Both the position numbers and the translations under genes were made by a program. A DNA stretch of 64,000 bases from Catajapyx aquilonaris (lineage: Eukaryota). The number at the start of each line of letters is the position of its first letter. The stretch's first letter is position 1. Below, piece by piece: positions 15,286 through 29,181 of the stretch. The notes beneath the pieces are model-generated. The model was not told the DNA's origin, made no database searches, and saw only the letters and a program-made list of their open reading frames with translations. Location: assembly GCA_000934665.2 (NCBI GenBank), contig JYFJ02002325.1:1-64000 (forward strand). The letters are read 5' to 3'.

Positions 15286-15325
<40 letters not shown>
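15239..15325. repeat. Head-to-head (AAT)9/(ATT)~20 microsatellite
   Basis: Directly visible. The strand switch at AATT (15263-15266) creates a perfect 46-bp palindrome, 15242-15287. Confidence 0.95.
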
Positions 15326-15513
15326 GGCTAGGCCATTTAGGTGACTGCATCAATTGTGCCATGGGAATGTCGTACGCAAGGAAGTTGTAAGGCACGCCAG
15401 AGGACCACGACAGAAACTAGAAATGAGAATAATCTGTGAGTAAATGGATCCTCGGTCTCAGAGGTCCCCGTTTGTCTGGGAAGCAATTTCCAACGCCGCC
15501 TGCGGATTTTTTT

Positions 15514-15614
15514 CTCTCTCTCTTTTCTCTCTCTTTACCCCCCTCTGCTCATCTCTCTCTCTCCCTCTCTCTCTCTCTCCTCTTTCTCTCCTCCCCCTCA
15601 GGTTTTCTCTCTCT
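15514..15614. repeat. CT-rich polypyrimidine tract with (CT)n runs
   Basis: Directly visible. Confidence 0.85.
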
Positions 15615-16927
15615 CCTTCCTGATGAAGCTGGCAGCAGCGTTTCAGTCGAGAGCGCAAACTCTCGTACATTCTAATTTCATCTTCCATAGTAGGGCTAAT
15701 TAGTGTCACTCTGATAACGATAATGAATTCGACCTTAATACCGAAATTTGATTGCGTTGGCGTTTCCTTACTAAAGATTGGGGACGCACCAGTTGACATC
15801 GCCTGCGATATGAGACCCCAAGAATCAAACGGATGAGTTAACCATTACGGAGGACGTATATTGGCTCTCAGCCCGCGCGGCCTGAGCCAGGCCGAGGCTT
15901 CAATGCTGCCCTGTGAATATTGTTATTCCTGGCCAGGTTTTTTGTACAGTGGAGAGTACATGGGATGGTTTGTTACGGGAATTAGGCGCTCGATTAAGTC
16001 GTGCCTGCCAGTTCAGAACTAATCACGATGAACGAATGTGACTTGTAATAAAATCAATTAGAAGGTGGATAGACCCTACAGTGAAGGCCACCTGTAGACT
16101 GCAGCACCGCAGGCCGTCTCTTTCACTCACCTGATACAATGTTGTGGAGTGTAATGTAATATGCACAGCCTTAAAATGGTGCTGAAAATATTTTCTTCCC
16201 TCCACAATTAGCAGGACAATGTTTACGATATACAGTTGACTTAGAGCGTTCACTGAACTAGCCACAAATATTCAAGCAACTTTGTTTTATTACGTCTTTG
16301 AAGAGCGACGCTAACTCTTCCATGTCAGAACGGTCCGTAACATAATCATCAACCTCTGACGAAGTACACTTTATGGAGAACCCCAAGTCCCCAACTCATA
16401 AAACCTGAAACATCTGCCATGTTGACTAGACTGATAGCTTAGTTGCACCATTGCTCATTGTTGTCGACAATTAATAAACTAGAGCAAACCCGCAGATGGT
16501 GCCTCATTCAGCAGCACATCTGCGTTTCCTTAATGGCAGGTGACACTCGCTTGTCCGCAATCTAAGGTGCGAAGAAGGTGGAGGTATCGAAGTTGTGACG
16601 ATGAAATGAAAAGTTGTGTCTAAATGGGCGTAAATCCAATCATGATTTGATTTGAGGGCGTGAGTGCTTGGAAGCCAGCTTAATCCGGCTGGAAGAGGCA
16701 GCGAGAGAGGGCTCTCCAACATATCAGAAGACTGCTTCCGAGCTTGCTGCTGCAAGTCTTCTCGGAAAAGGAAATTGCAGGGATTGAAGAGGCAGCTGGG
16801 GCGATTGCAACAGCCCGGGCTTCTATCCCGGTCCGGAATTAAGAGCCGGGAGAAGAAGGAATTGCCGGATTGGCCCAGCAGATATAGTGTGCCCTACAGT
16901 AGTACACGTAGGCAAGAAGGAAGCATT

Positions 16928-16944
16928 GCTAGCTAGCTAGCTAG
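16928..16944. repeat. (CTAG)4 self-complementary microsatellite
   Basis: GCTAGCTAGCTAGCTAG directly visible. Confidence 0.85.
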
Positions 16945-17404
16945 TCATCGCCAGCAGATTTGCAGATATGCTCGGTTGGGAATGAGCCGCCACTTGATAG
17001 GCCCAATGGACTTTGGCTTCCTCGCCCTAGAGCTCCCGATGATTGGAGATCAGCCTGCAGCCGTTGCATTAAGGCTAATGGGGATCCTACCCTCGTTAAG
17101 AAACTTACATCCAGCAGCAGCCAGTGCACCACCACTTTACTTAAGAAGAAAAAAAGGAAACCTTTTCCCTCCTCTTCCTTGCCTCGGTGGCTGGGGCCTT
17201 CCAGCGATCGTAAAAACGCAGACTCCATTCCGCAGATTCCAGATAAAAATTCTACTCCTATTCCAATTATACCCACCAAGTTCTTGGGGCTTCCGAAAAT
17301 AATCCAACCTCTTTGCCTGCTCAAGTCAGTCTCGTTCTATCTAAACCTGCCACTTTACGCAACTTAACTTGCTTGGGATACCAAGCCACTTTACTTGCTC
17401 TACT

Positions 17405-17419
17405 CCTCCAGGGGGCGTT
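17405..17419 (+). promoter_or_regulatory. CTCF-like motif
   Basis: CCTCCAGGGGGCGTT resembles the CTCF core CCASYAGRKGGCRS. Motif match only. Confidence 0.3.
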
Positions 17420-20400
17420 ACTCATCTCACCAAAAGAAATTGGACGTCCCCGGAAATGAAAGTTGCTCGAAATTGCACGTCTTATATCGGTCACTTTTTA
17501 AGCTCGTGTTTTCGTAGAGTATCCATCAAAGGAGATTTTTCATGAATAATTTTCCCTATTTAGTGTGATACACAGAAATGTTATGCATCATATCCTGATT
17601 TTTAAGAGTTTCTGGCAACCAAACTTGGGTTTCATTAATGGAGAGAGGCTCGCTAAACTGTTGGGACAAATATGTGTCTTTATGTAGCCTTGATTCAGCC
17701 AAACTTTTCTGGGTGCCCGGATTGGCCATGCACGCAAAGCCGTATTTGATAATGAGCCCATGAAGGGTTATTTATTGGCACTGGCATATTACACCCTGCA
17801 AGTAGCTCTTTGCACGAGCTAGTTCGATTATATTATCGATACGCAATGCTATTATTGGATCAGCCACCAACACTGCCTGCATGTCGCAAATATCCCAGCA
17901 TTGCACCAGCCATGTAATTAGCATACTGGACGGTCTGCGCATTCCTGCCCTTAGGAGGCCAGACCGAATTGTGCAAGGTACCTTCGGATAAATTTTAAAA
18001 TTGTAAGGAGCCCGGATCCGGCTAATATTGATGCAGCAGCACCGCAGAACCGGCTTTAAAAAATCCGAACTGGTGTTAACAAGTAGTACGTGCTTAAGCC
18101 CTGCGTGCTGGGCGATGATGTTGGTGAAGAGTAGGAAATGTGGAGTGGCATGAAACTAGCTACTCCACTCAGTCGGAGGCGATGATATCGGGCGATCGGC
18201 TGTCAGGGCGAGGGAAATTTGAGGTGGGGTTGTCCGGAGTGGATGGGAATGGCACTTGATTAGGCGGACGTGACAGGACGTCCACACGCCGCCTTTTCCG
18301 CGCTGTCTTTTCACCGGGCCCTGTCAATTAGTCCGCTTCACGTCCTGCCTGCTGCCCCGCCGCCGCTCATATTTGCCTGGCCGTCCTTCCTCCCAAACAC
18401 ACGCACGTCGTGTATGTGCCACTCGTCACGGGCCCTCCCAAAGAGCTCTCGGGACCCTGTACGTCCAGCCTCCCTTTGAGACCACCTGCCCCTTCTATTG
18501 GCAGGCAGGCCCTCTTCTTCCCCACCTGTCATGGCACCAGAATTCTCCATTTCCCTGCCACCATCCTTTCACTCTATGCTCCCGTAGGATCCCGCTGATT
18601 TAAAACAATATTAATTCGTTAACACCGTCACTCGCTCAAAACTTAATTTAGGCAATTTATAGCCGCTCCGTCGCTGATTGTGTTAGGCTTGCACTTACTG
18701 TGCGCATGGATTCAATACCAGGGACATAGCGTCGCCAGAAACTATGGCTTATGTATGTACAACCTGTCCTGTATAATGGGCGTAAAGGTTATGGGGGGAG
18801 GACCCTGGAAAAATGTACGTAAACAGAAGAACCGAAAAAATATGAAGTTGGCTGGCTAAGCTGTAATAACACAGCGGCCCCCCTTTTTGGCTCATCTAGA
18901 TGGAGAAGAGTAGAAATTATGTGCTGGTTTTTTCGACCATGCACTTTAAGTAAATTATATGAAGTGCATAAAAAGCAGTAATGGCTTGTACAGGGCGCAG
19001 CAACTAGATGGTTAACCAGCCGGCAAGGGTTTCCTTGACCCAAAACAAGAGTGTAGGGGGTGGAAAATGGCAAAAAAATCCCACCGTTAACGACGTTGGC
19101 ATAGCTCTACATGTTGGCATAGGACTTTACTGTCAGTGTAGCAAGTGCTGAATCGACGCAAAGGGAACATGAGCATAAACTCTAACAAAAATGCAGTGTA
19201 TAGACATCAATGAGGTTTCCGAGGTTCTCCCCCTTCCTACCATTCTCCAAATGCTTGATCAGTGTGCCAAGATAATAAAGTCATATATATCCTCTAAAAG
19301 GCGGGCGTACTAGGAACTACCAGACTTGGGAATTCGCATGCGCGAGTGGAGCGAGTAATCCATCAACTCGTCCCCCTTCCCATTCTTAGTCAGGGAACCA
19401 AACCTGCAGCCCAATCAAACTCAGACATCGTCTAATATGAGACAGAGTTGCCATTATCACGAGTTCATCAGGTACGCAGTGGTACTCCGGCAAATCGCTT
19501 CTTTCCAGCATGACAGGCATCACTGCAATCAGGCGGATGTCGGACGGCAAAGAAGAGTGGCGAGGGTGTGGTGGGTGATGGGGCCTCAGTCACTTTGGTG
19601 CCTTTGGGACATCCCCGTAACGCTTCCTTGCATGCAGTCGTTAACACTTTAGGCCTCTCGACGACGCTGGTTGCGCACAGCTCTCCGGACGCGGCGCATC
19701 CGCATTATGACGTGTTGTCTGTCGCGGATCCACTTCATCGCCTGCCGCCTCCCAAGACTACACACAAACTCCCTGTCAGATATCCTCCTCTTTTTTTCAA
19801 AAAAAAAAAGGAGTGAAGATACGTGGCCCCCGACGCACCCTCTGCGTTGGCTGACAACGACGCATTGCGACACTTCCACCCCACACCCTCCATAATCTCT
19901 CCCTCCCCTCCTCCCACCAGAAGAACCACCATCACCCTCCCCCTCTCTGGTGACAGCCAGGCCACGTCGCAGGTGTGCGTACCATAACTCCAGGCCCCAT
20001 AATGCCCGCCAAGCCCCGCACTTTTATTGCCCGGAGACGTGTCTTGTAAGCCTCGCCTGCAGTCTGCCTGCAACCTGATTTATGTCGCCCTAAAGGCCCA
20101 GATTCCTTGTTAACCTGCCCACAGGCCTTTTGTGTTCCTTTTCGCCCTTTTCCCTCCGCCCCATCCGACCTCCAAAAAACGCAGCAGGCTTGCACGCGCC
20201 GCCATGTCCGACAAATTGCCAGCAAACTGCCTCGCACTGCCCACCACTTGTTTCTTCCAGTGTTTTAGTCAGCACATTGGGGGTACACAAAACGAAGAAT
20301 CGAGCACCTTTTTTTTGGTTCTCCAGTGACGCTCAGTGATTCGGCGGTGTCATTTATTAGGACGTGAGTGGACTGGAAAATTCGAGTCTGGCCAGAGAGG

Positions 20401-23210
20401 TGTGGAGCCCCTGCTCTCCAGAGAGAGAGCTTCATGGAGTAGGGTCCCACTGAGCGGAATGGCAGCATCGTCGCCTGCTGAATAGCAACAAGTCCACTTG
20501 CAACCCCAGTGGTAGACAGCCAGAGTGGTTCTGGGGGGGGAGGTAGGTAGGGAGGTCGAGGAGTTGAAAGGGATGGTTGACTTGGCTCTGAGGGTTCTAG
20601 TCTCCTGCCACCCAGATAGACGCCCTTCTAATTGACGTCACACTTGATGCTCTAATTTCAAATTTGATTCCGGCGTCTTACTTGGCGCCGGATTAGCTGG
20701 TGGAGCGACTGGCTACCGGGGCGTAAATGTAACGTCAAAGTCACGCCTGGTTGTCCTATCTCTTCTCAGCATATGCTAAACGGCTCATCCTGCCAGTTAG
20801 ATAGCCAATCAGCTTCTGTTGCTTCACACATTGCAGTGTTCTCAGGGGCACAAAATCTTGGAATGGACCGCACACTTTCAGAGCAGGTGTTGTGTAGATA
20901 GGCAAAGTTGCATGTGGGGTGATGGTTAAAGTGCATGCCAGCATGTCGGGGGTGGGTGTGGAGGTGGGGTTCGTTCCGTCCCCGAGTGCCCCGGGCAAGG
21001 GAGCTCCTTTAGCCTTTGATGGAAGCGCTGTCCCCCGCGTCACCATCCGCCCAACCACCCCAAAAGCGGGAGAGAGGTCTCCGACATGTCCATCATAATC
21101 AAGGAGGCTCTAGAGACACACCACTAGCCCTCCCACAGAATGCAGGTACACATACACACTATATACCCATCCCAAGTCTTGGTTCAGCCACGTGCATTTT
21201 ATAAGGGGTAAAAAATAGGAAGAAAAGTGAGGGGGCGGAAAATCCTTTTAACAAATTGGAGAGAGCCGTGTTTGAGGGAATGAGAGGGCTTCTTGACGCG
21301 GCTTCGGGGGTAGTCGTTTCCAAGCAAAGCCTTTGGTTTTCCATTAGTGATGACGCCGCCAAGAGTTTCACAGGCACTTCGCTCCGTTTTATGTCTGAAG
21401 GTTTTCGCAGAAGGCAATTAACGCGGATTATAGGTATTGCAAGCCAGGTACGGCAGAGTGGTAATCAGTTAGTGAAAAAGACGGGCGGTGGCTGTCCTTA
21501 TTGGCAGTTACGCAAAATGACAAAAGCGTCGTACCATTATTATCTGTTGTACCGACCCATTCGGGATTTGACTTTATGCTGTTCCGGCAATTCTGAACAC
21601 TGCACTTGAAATGCCCCCTATCTCCCTTTCCGCCCGGGCTCAACACATCAGCACTCTTGCGCCTTATTTCGCCCGGAGGTCTACCAAATTTTAGAAAACC
21701 CTCGAGGGCCACAACTCTACCTGCGGAAAAAAAATATATGGCTGCGGCAACGCAAAAGTTCCTGCCGCCACTAAAAAAATATGAAAACAATATTTTGCCA
21801 GCCCGGCATGTTTTTACACACCAAAGAGTAGGGGGTGCGCTTCAATAATGACGGAAATGACACGGCTTCCGCAGCTTGAACAAAATGCTTGAAAAGACGT
21901 CGTCAGAAGAGAGTCAAAGTTGATATAGTTTGCAAATGAACAGCTGCGTCCGGGACGAGGCTGGCGTTACATCTGGGCCGGCCACGCTGCATGTAAGCTA
22001 AATGAGGTGGTGCGTTTCGGAGCAAGGAAATGCTTTATGATGGCGGTTACGGGGGGGTCCACATAAATCCGGAGCCTCCAAGTGCAAACTTTCAATCAGT
22101 GTCAGCTGGGGGTGCAGTGTAAATCGTAAGGGCCGGAATTAATAGGCTATCTGGAGTAAGATCAGCAGAGCGGCAACATTCATGGGAAAAGCTCACATGA
22201 GCTACGTACTGTACGTACATTACGTATGAGCTCGTTGCCGCTCGGCTGCTTTTTGGTCCGCTGCAGCAGCAGCCCTCCTCTACACGTGCATGCGGATGAA
22301 AGGGACTATCGAGCGTGTCATTACTCTCACCGGCCTCCTATGCATTTTAAGCTACCAGCCTCCTCTTCTGCTGCTATCTTCTCCAGGCCGCACATTTTTA
22401 TCACCATCGTCATCACCATTCGCAGCTTCAACGTCAGGCAGCGTACCAGCCATCCGATTCGTTCCGTGGACATACCCAGTGAGTCTCGTCGTCGGACCAC
22501 GCACACAATTTTCCAACTATACCTTAATTCATTAGGCTAGCCTCGGAGGTCCTCCTCCGATACACGCCATCTCGTGGCTAAACTGCCAACTCCTCACTAA
22601 CTCCATCTAGAGGGTGTCCCAGGCAATGTGGTCCACTCTTTGCAGACAGCCATGTATACCAACCGCAACGGAATGTTTCACGAGCGAGCAAACCGCATCA
22701 ATTTTGTCGCTGCAAGTCTGCCGATTATGCTAAAGTTCGGTAATGGCGTCGAGTAAGAAATGAAGGGTGAAAAAAATAGAGGGTGGGGGAGGTCAGAGTG
22801 GAAGGGAGGCAAAAATGGTGTGCCGCTTAGTGCGCTCTGATTTGGTGTGGTCTTTGCTGTAGGCCGCCGCTGTTCATGCATTATTCATGGTTTTGGCGCC
22901 GCTGTAGCCCCACCAAACCCATCGAATACTTCATCCACGCCGTGTCGACTTTGCTGCACTTCACCTTCTTAATCACCTTGCAAAAATGCGCTCTGTCGCC
23001 GCGCCCGGATTTGCATAACGAGCCGAAGAAATGAAAATACAGGCGCTAATGTGCCAACTGACACTTTTCCCAGCACCCGCTCAAACCCCTCCCCATCCTC
23101 TCCATCCCCCTCACTCCCCCGCAGCTTCCTCCACTTCCACTACTTTCCATCCTATCTACAATAGTTAATCAATGTTTTCTGTCACCTAAATAAGGGTCAT
23201 GTGACCACGG

Positions 23211-23293
23211 TACAAGGTGAGATAGAACAGCCGTCAGTAAGCGGGTGTCAAGGGACCAAAATGGAGTCTGGATAAGTTCTGACTCACCCTGTA
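23211..23293. mobile_element. Short degenerate MITE of the same family, bounded by TA
   Basis: TACAAGGTGAGATAGAAC (23211-23228) versus GTTCTGACTCACCCTGTA (23276-23293), 15/18 inverted match. TA at both ends fits a Tc1/mariner TA target duplication. Confidence 0.55.
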
Positions 23294-24077
23294 TCGGCCA
23301 GAAAAGGCGGAGATGGAAGGGTGTAACAGCATCAGACCTGTGGATCCAACCGTATAATGCAAGTGGGAGGGATGGGAAGGGTTTTCTTGTAGACCGCTAG
23401 CTGCCTCGAAAGAGAGAATTGATATGAGATTCTCTACGCCCCTCCGAGACTAATTATAAACTTGCCTTGTTTAATCCTTGAATCAATAGCAGTCTTTTCG
23501 CAAGCACACTGAACAATCGATCCGTGTTATAATAATACACCAGGGAGTTTGTCAGTGTTCTACGTGAAGGTTACGCTGCAAAAATCAATGCTAAATCACA
23601 TACATTATCTCCACATGCACCGGTTACTTGCAATAAGAAATTGCCAGTGATCATATAGTCACACTGGAACGAGGGTTTGAAAAATTGCAGGGGAATTCGC
23701 CTTTTCTCAAACTTTCTCTGAACTTTTCCGTCACTTCATTTAGCACAATGTCTAACTCAATTTCGACAAATATGTGACTCGAATTTCACCTCTTCGAATT
23801 GTAATGATAATAGTTATTAGCTGGCAGTATTGCACAGGTTGCTATTATAGGGACTTGTCATTTGCACTTGAAGTGGATAAATATATCACTTTACTCTCTT
23901 TCATACCTTTTACCAGATTACAGTGCAGCATGGCCATTGGGATCATAGTGCTCCAGCAAGGCTAGCTGAAGCACACAAACAATGGCGGAGAATGGAAGTT
24001 GATCCAACTTGAGCCATTCCCTATGGGGAGGGAAGTATTGCCAGAAACGACATGATAAACCTTTGCGCTTCGCAACT

Positions 24078-24146
24078 GAACTTGGAATCGGGAATTTGAA
24101 CTTTGAATTTCGAAGTTGGAATTGGAAGACTTGGAAATTAGGAATG
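24078..24146. repeat. Degenerate 6-8 bp tandem repeat (GAAYTTG-like)
   Basis: gaacttg gaatcgg gaattt gaacttt gaatttc gaagttg gaattg gaagacttg gaaattag gaatg. Confidence 0.7.
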
Positions 24147-27100
24147 CGTTTGTTTGAGCTTCCACTAATATTGAATTGTACCTTTTCCTCCTCCCCCAAC
24201 CTCAAACGTTCGTCCTTTGCCCAATGCATCATCCGACACGCACAAAGCTGCCCTAAGTAATCGTGGACCACGAATCTGAACAGTGACTAATATAATCGAT
24301 CCAGAGAAGGAAGATCAGGAGGAGAGATGGGGACGGGGGAGAGAGAGTCTGTCAAAGTGTGAGCCCCCCTGACCCCAGCAGGTGTATAAATGTTTAGCTA
24401 AGCAGAGGGGATGATTTCCCCCTCGGAGCACTCCTTTGGCTGTGCAGCAGAATGTATTTATCCGAGGGCGTTGGTTGAGGCAGCAGCCCAGCCAGCAGAG
24501 AGAGAGAGAGAGAAGGGATGGGGGGCGGGGGTGGACAGGGGAGGGCGAGTGGGTGGGTGGTATAGTTAGTATTTGGTCGTCCCAGCAGCCCCCTCCCGTC
24601 AGACATATCCTGGGGCAAACGAATCCAGGATCCCGTGAGCTGTAATTCCCACGCCACCCGCAATGGGCCTCGTAATGGAAGGAATTGGAGGACGACGTGA
24701 GCAGAAACCTGCAGATATATACTGCTGTATATACGCATTCTCCCCTCCCTCTCCCCACCCTTTCTGTCACGCTCTTGGTCAACAATACTATTGACCGTCC
24801 TCATCTATTTACAATGCAGGCTGAGATTTTTGGAGATTGTCCTCTACAATGGAGATAAGTCTTCATGCCATTCCAGAATGGCTGATGTAGTCATGAAGGG
24901 TCTATTTTACAGTAATACTTATGGCTATGTTTAGAGTGTAACAATTATACGTAACATAAATTGCTGAAAATCATACGGCTGCAGCTGGCGTTATTAATAA
25001 TTAGCGCAAAATTATTTTAGTCGCATGCCAAAAACCGACCAAAAACTATCTCTTCATACGTCACAATAATTTGTGCAAAATATTTTATTTCTTTATTAAA
25101 TAATAATTATGTGATTCGTCGTACACACTGTCCATCTTAAGGTGAATTCACATTAGGCGTTGTTATTGCTTGTTGCGCTAATTGGCAATTCCTGTTGTTG
25201 TTGATGTCTTCAATTAAAGGAATAATTTCGCTGAGCAAAGATTGTGTACTTATCTGCATGCAAATATGGCATTTTGCTTGGAATATTCCATCCCGTTATT
25301 ATGTCAGCAATTTTTAAGGGCAGTCTGTGCCGGAATTATGGCCTCCTTCGTATGTTGCTTACGCCCCCAAAACTGGGTTAATGGTTACAAAATGGGTATT
25401 GAAACTGTAAAACATCCAGGACACAGGCTGTTGCTTTACGATACCCTGCGCTGCTTTAGGAGCCTCGGAATCTGGATCACGCCATCTTGGATGATATCCG
25501 TAAACATGTATCACCCCCGAACCCAGTAAGCTGCTGCAATGTTCCTGTGCAACAGTGAGCCACTTGGATATCTCGTTATCGGTCGGTTGTCGGATTTTTC
25601 GCGGGTGCGAGTCGAAAGCTGTGAACTCGACCATATCAGTTCGGTAAGCTAGTGTACTGTACACTACCGCATCAGCGTAAATACCGAAAGCCCGTGGATT
25701 TCGAATCAAACCAGTAGGAAGGTCGTGAATCAAGCGGTAATGAGGAACTCAAAGAGATTAGCTTGGGTTGCCATTAGTAGTCTCATTACGTTATCGTGTT
25801 GCTATAGACCCTGGGTTGCGAAGTAACCAACTCTCTCAGACTCTCTTTTTTACGAAAACAATAACAGGACGTTTGCTTAAGGAGACCCTGAAAAGTTGGG
25901 TAAAGTACACTGCATAACACACTCACTTATTATAGCCGGGGATATGTCAATATAACATTAATACAAAAAGATATTTGAACATCTCACAGCCAGTTGCAAT
26001 CTAACTTGTAAGTACAGATGATTACATTATAATGCGAAATATCCCTATAGCAAAGAACTAATCACTACTGCAGTATTTTTCCTCTTCCAATAGAGATGGA
26101 CAGAACTGAAAGATTTTGCTGACTTAACAGAGCCATGCCAAAAATTGTGTTCCAGAAATTTTTAGCCATCCTGACACGAGGAATATGCCAGATATCCAAC
26201 AGACAGGTGTGTTAATTAGAAATGGCGCTGGCAATATGTTAGAGAAGTGTTCCGACTCGCCTTGTAAACACTGGATCAACAGGCTCGGAGGCCATTGAAT
26301 TTACTGTAAAACCAAAGTCAACTCACATGTCGATTATTTCACACTTTCAGTCCGCCATGGTGACAGTGGACTCGGTGGAATTGGCATTTGTTTTTGGGGA
26401 TGGGAAAGTGATGGAGGATATGGGTGCGGTGGGGGGAGGTGGGTGACTGGAGAGGGGTGGGCCATCACACCTCGATTGGGTATTTTCCCGGACCCAACCG
26501 AATATATTGGGGCATAGGTCAGGCTTAATGTGGCAGCCAGCTGTAACTCCTCCTGGACACCACTGTCCTCTTATTACCCTTCCAATAATCCCTTAGTAAA
26601 GTCCTTGACCCACTTTGTCCACCGGCCAAATGGACTCAGCCCAGGGATGGGCGACACATCGGAATTAATGTCGTCATGAGCCCCTTGATACGATCACATC
26701 TCGCACTTTTTTATATAAAAAAGTTTGGCTCCTATTAGTGAATATAGGAAAACGGCATTTGGTAGATAGGACAAGTGATGAGGTCGTTGTGTAGTTTGGA
26801 GAGGGGGTGGGATGTTGGGGAGGGCAATGCGGCGGCGCCATTGCCAAAACTCCATCTCGTCTGCTGGCATGCCGCGAGCTGTGCTTGACGTTTCCTCCGA
26901 TTGCACTTGACAAATCCGAGCAGCATCTCCCGACTTTAGAAGCAGCAGAAATAAATCGCTACGTGACCACTTACTCGCCACCAAATTGCTTTTTTCCCTT
27001 TTTTTGTACAGGAGCATCCTGCATCTGCTATCTGAGCCTAACTCCACCATAATAAGATCCATCTGACCTGACCCATTGTGCAAACTGTTTTTCTCAGGTA

Positions 27101-29135
27101 ATGTGGGCGAAAATATTCGCACACATTGTTGCGGCTTTTTTTTAAATAATAAGGTTGAACATCCAGGAATGTTTGATGTCTGAGTCGATAAATAACGTAA
27201 AGGCTCTGCGGGGGTCACACAAGTAACGATGCGGATGGAAGTAGAGTCCAGGTGAGTGCTGCAGTCCTCGAGAGGATATCTGAGAACGAAGCTGAGAGAG
27301 CTGCGAGGAATGAAAACGAGCCTGAGAATTGAATCAGTGATTCTGTGTGATAGTGGCGCCATGTTAACCCCCCTCCTCTTCTTCCCCAAAAGAAGAAGAA
27401 GAAAAAAAAAGGTCTGACTGATTGGGAATCTGCCTCGCCCGAGGAGGATTATTCGCTCAGGGCCAGAATCAGCAGCGGTTGCCGCAAAGAATTCCGCAGA
27501 TCAATGCAGTTGGCCTTCCACGTCCACACGCATTCCTCTCACATTCTCAGCTCCCCACTAGGAAAAGAGAGGCCGAAAAGAAGGAGGAAAAAGATAAAAA
27601 AAGGAATGAAAAAAAAATGAAATAGGAGCATTGCTGCTCTTTTCCAGCTGCTCCCTTGCTCACCTCTGTGGGTCCTTTTCGTGAATGGTAATAATAGTGC
27701 TCATCGGAATCTCAATCGTCGACAATGACTCGACCCCTAAAAGTTTCCCAGCTTTCATTTGAATAGGGCATTTTGCATAGAAGGTCGCTCTGGGCAAGGA
27801 CGATGTATATTTCCACTTACAGACACTTGTCACGAGTTGGTCCCTATCATTTCTCAGCTCGTGCCTGTAAATGCCGCTCTCTACTTTTCTCTTCTGCATG
27901 CTGCAGAGAGGTGTTGAGCCAGAGTTTTTTAAGGTACCAAAACTACCGTATATATTACAGGATAAGAATCGCAGTCGAGTATTTTTAAAGGGAAAGTCCT
28001 GAAGGTTATGCTGAGAGGTATTATTACGATTAAATTTTTTTTTACCAATATAAAATTATGAAGACGCTTTTCACTTACACTGGTTGTAAATAGGACCGAC
28101 GGCTAAGGTAGAAATGTCTACATTTCATTACACCTTCATCAGGAAAACACTGCTCTAAAACTAATAATAATAGTGCACATGAAAGCAGCATAAAATATAT
28201 TCTGGCACGAATTATATTTTGAACTTTTTCACTTTTCAATTTGTTATACCAATAACTAAACAGCCTAAGCGAGGTCTGATAAAATTAAAAACTAGCCTAC
28301 AGGTTATGCTCTTGACTTTTGTTTGTCGTGTACACTGTACAGTACATCCTGGAGGCAATGGGCCTTTTCTCTGCGCTAATAATAGCTAATTTGATGTTTT
28401 GTATTGTAATAACTACAAAGCAATGCATGAAGCTGAATTGCGACGACGAATTCGTGAAAGGTTTGTTAATGCCAATTTTTCACCATACAGGTTGTGTCAG
28501 CCCTTGTGTTTTATTAAAGTAACCGGAATATTTCTCCAGGAGCGTCATTAACATACACCTGTACTCAAACGGAATACTTTGGTTGTGTTAAGCCCTCTCC
28601 ACCAGGAGAGCCGAATCACAGAAGAGGGCGAGAAAGAAGAAAAAAAAGAGAGAAATCGATGGGTTTGAACTGGCTTAGGAAAATGTTAGTGGAGGAAGTG
28701 TTTCGGATGGAAGATGCGGTCCAACAAGTTGAGTCTGCAGCAATCCCCATCCGGGTAATTTGCCCTGAGTGTAAGAAAGGGCTGGGTGAATATTCGCAGG
28801 CGTGAAAATCTTCTGCTACATTAGGCGTTAAAATTCAGACTTAGTGCCGCAGCAGAGAGCTTTTGACTCCTTCCACTGCTGATCCTCTGGGGAGCAGTTG
28901 AGGACTTCAAGTTGCATGGATGCTCTTAATCCGTAGGGCCCCCCGAGCAACTCTGACGCAAAGTAAAGCCTCCCCCACTCCTCCTTCGCAATAACTGTTC
29001 TTACTTTGTTCTTTCTCCGGAATTTGGCAAAAGTTTGGCAAACAAAATATCGGTCTTTCCAAGCTAGTGGATCAGAGGCCTGAGCTCCGAACGTGCATGA
29101 GCTGGAATTGCGACCAATAACTCCAGGGAAGGTTT

Positions 29136-29181
29136 GTGAGTGAGTGAGTGAGTTTGGGGTGGGTGGGTGGGTGGGTGGGTG
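29136..29181 (+). repeat. (GAGT)4 followed by (GGGT)6; G-quadruplex-capable
   Basis: Directly visible: six GGG runs with 1-nt loops. Confidence 0.85.

Noticed and set aside
19095..19122. GTTGGCATAG(CT), resembling the 3' half of miR-31 (also near 1605)
   Set aside because: The seed region is absent and there is no precursor hairpin; it is only a 10-bp direct repeat.
26694..27389. Longest ORF in the track (231 aa, minus strand)
   Set aside because: Non-ATG start, no recognisable domain, random-like composition running through poly-A/T tracts.
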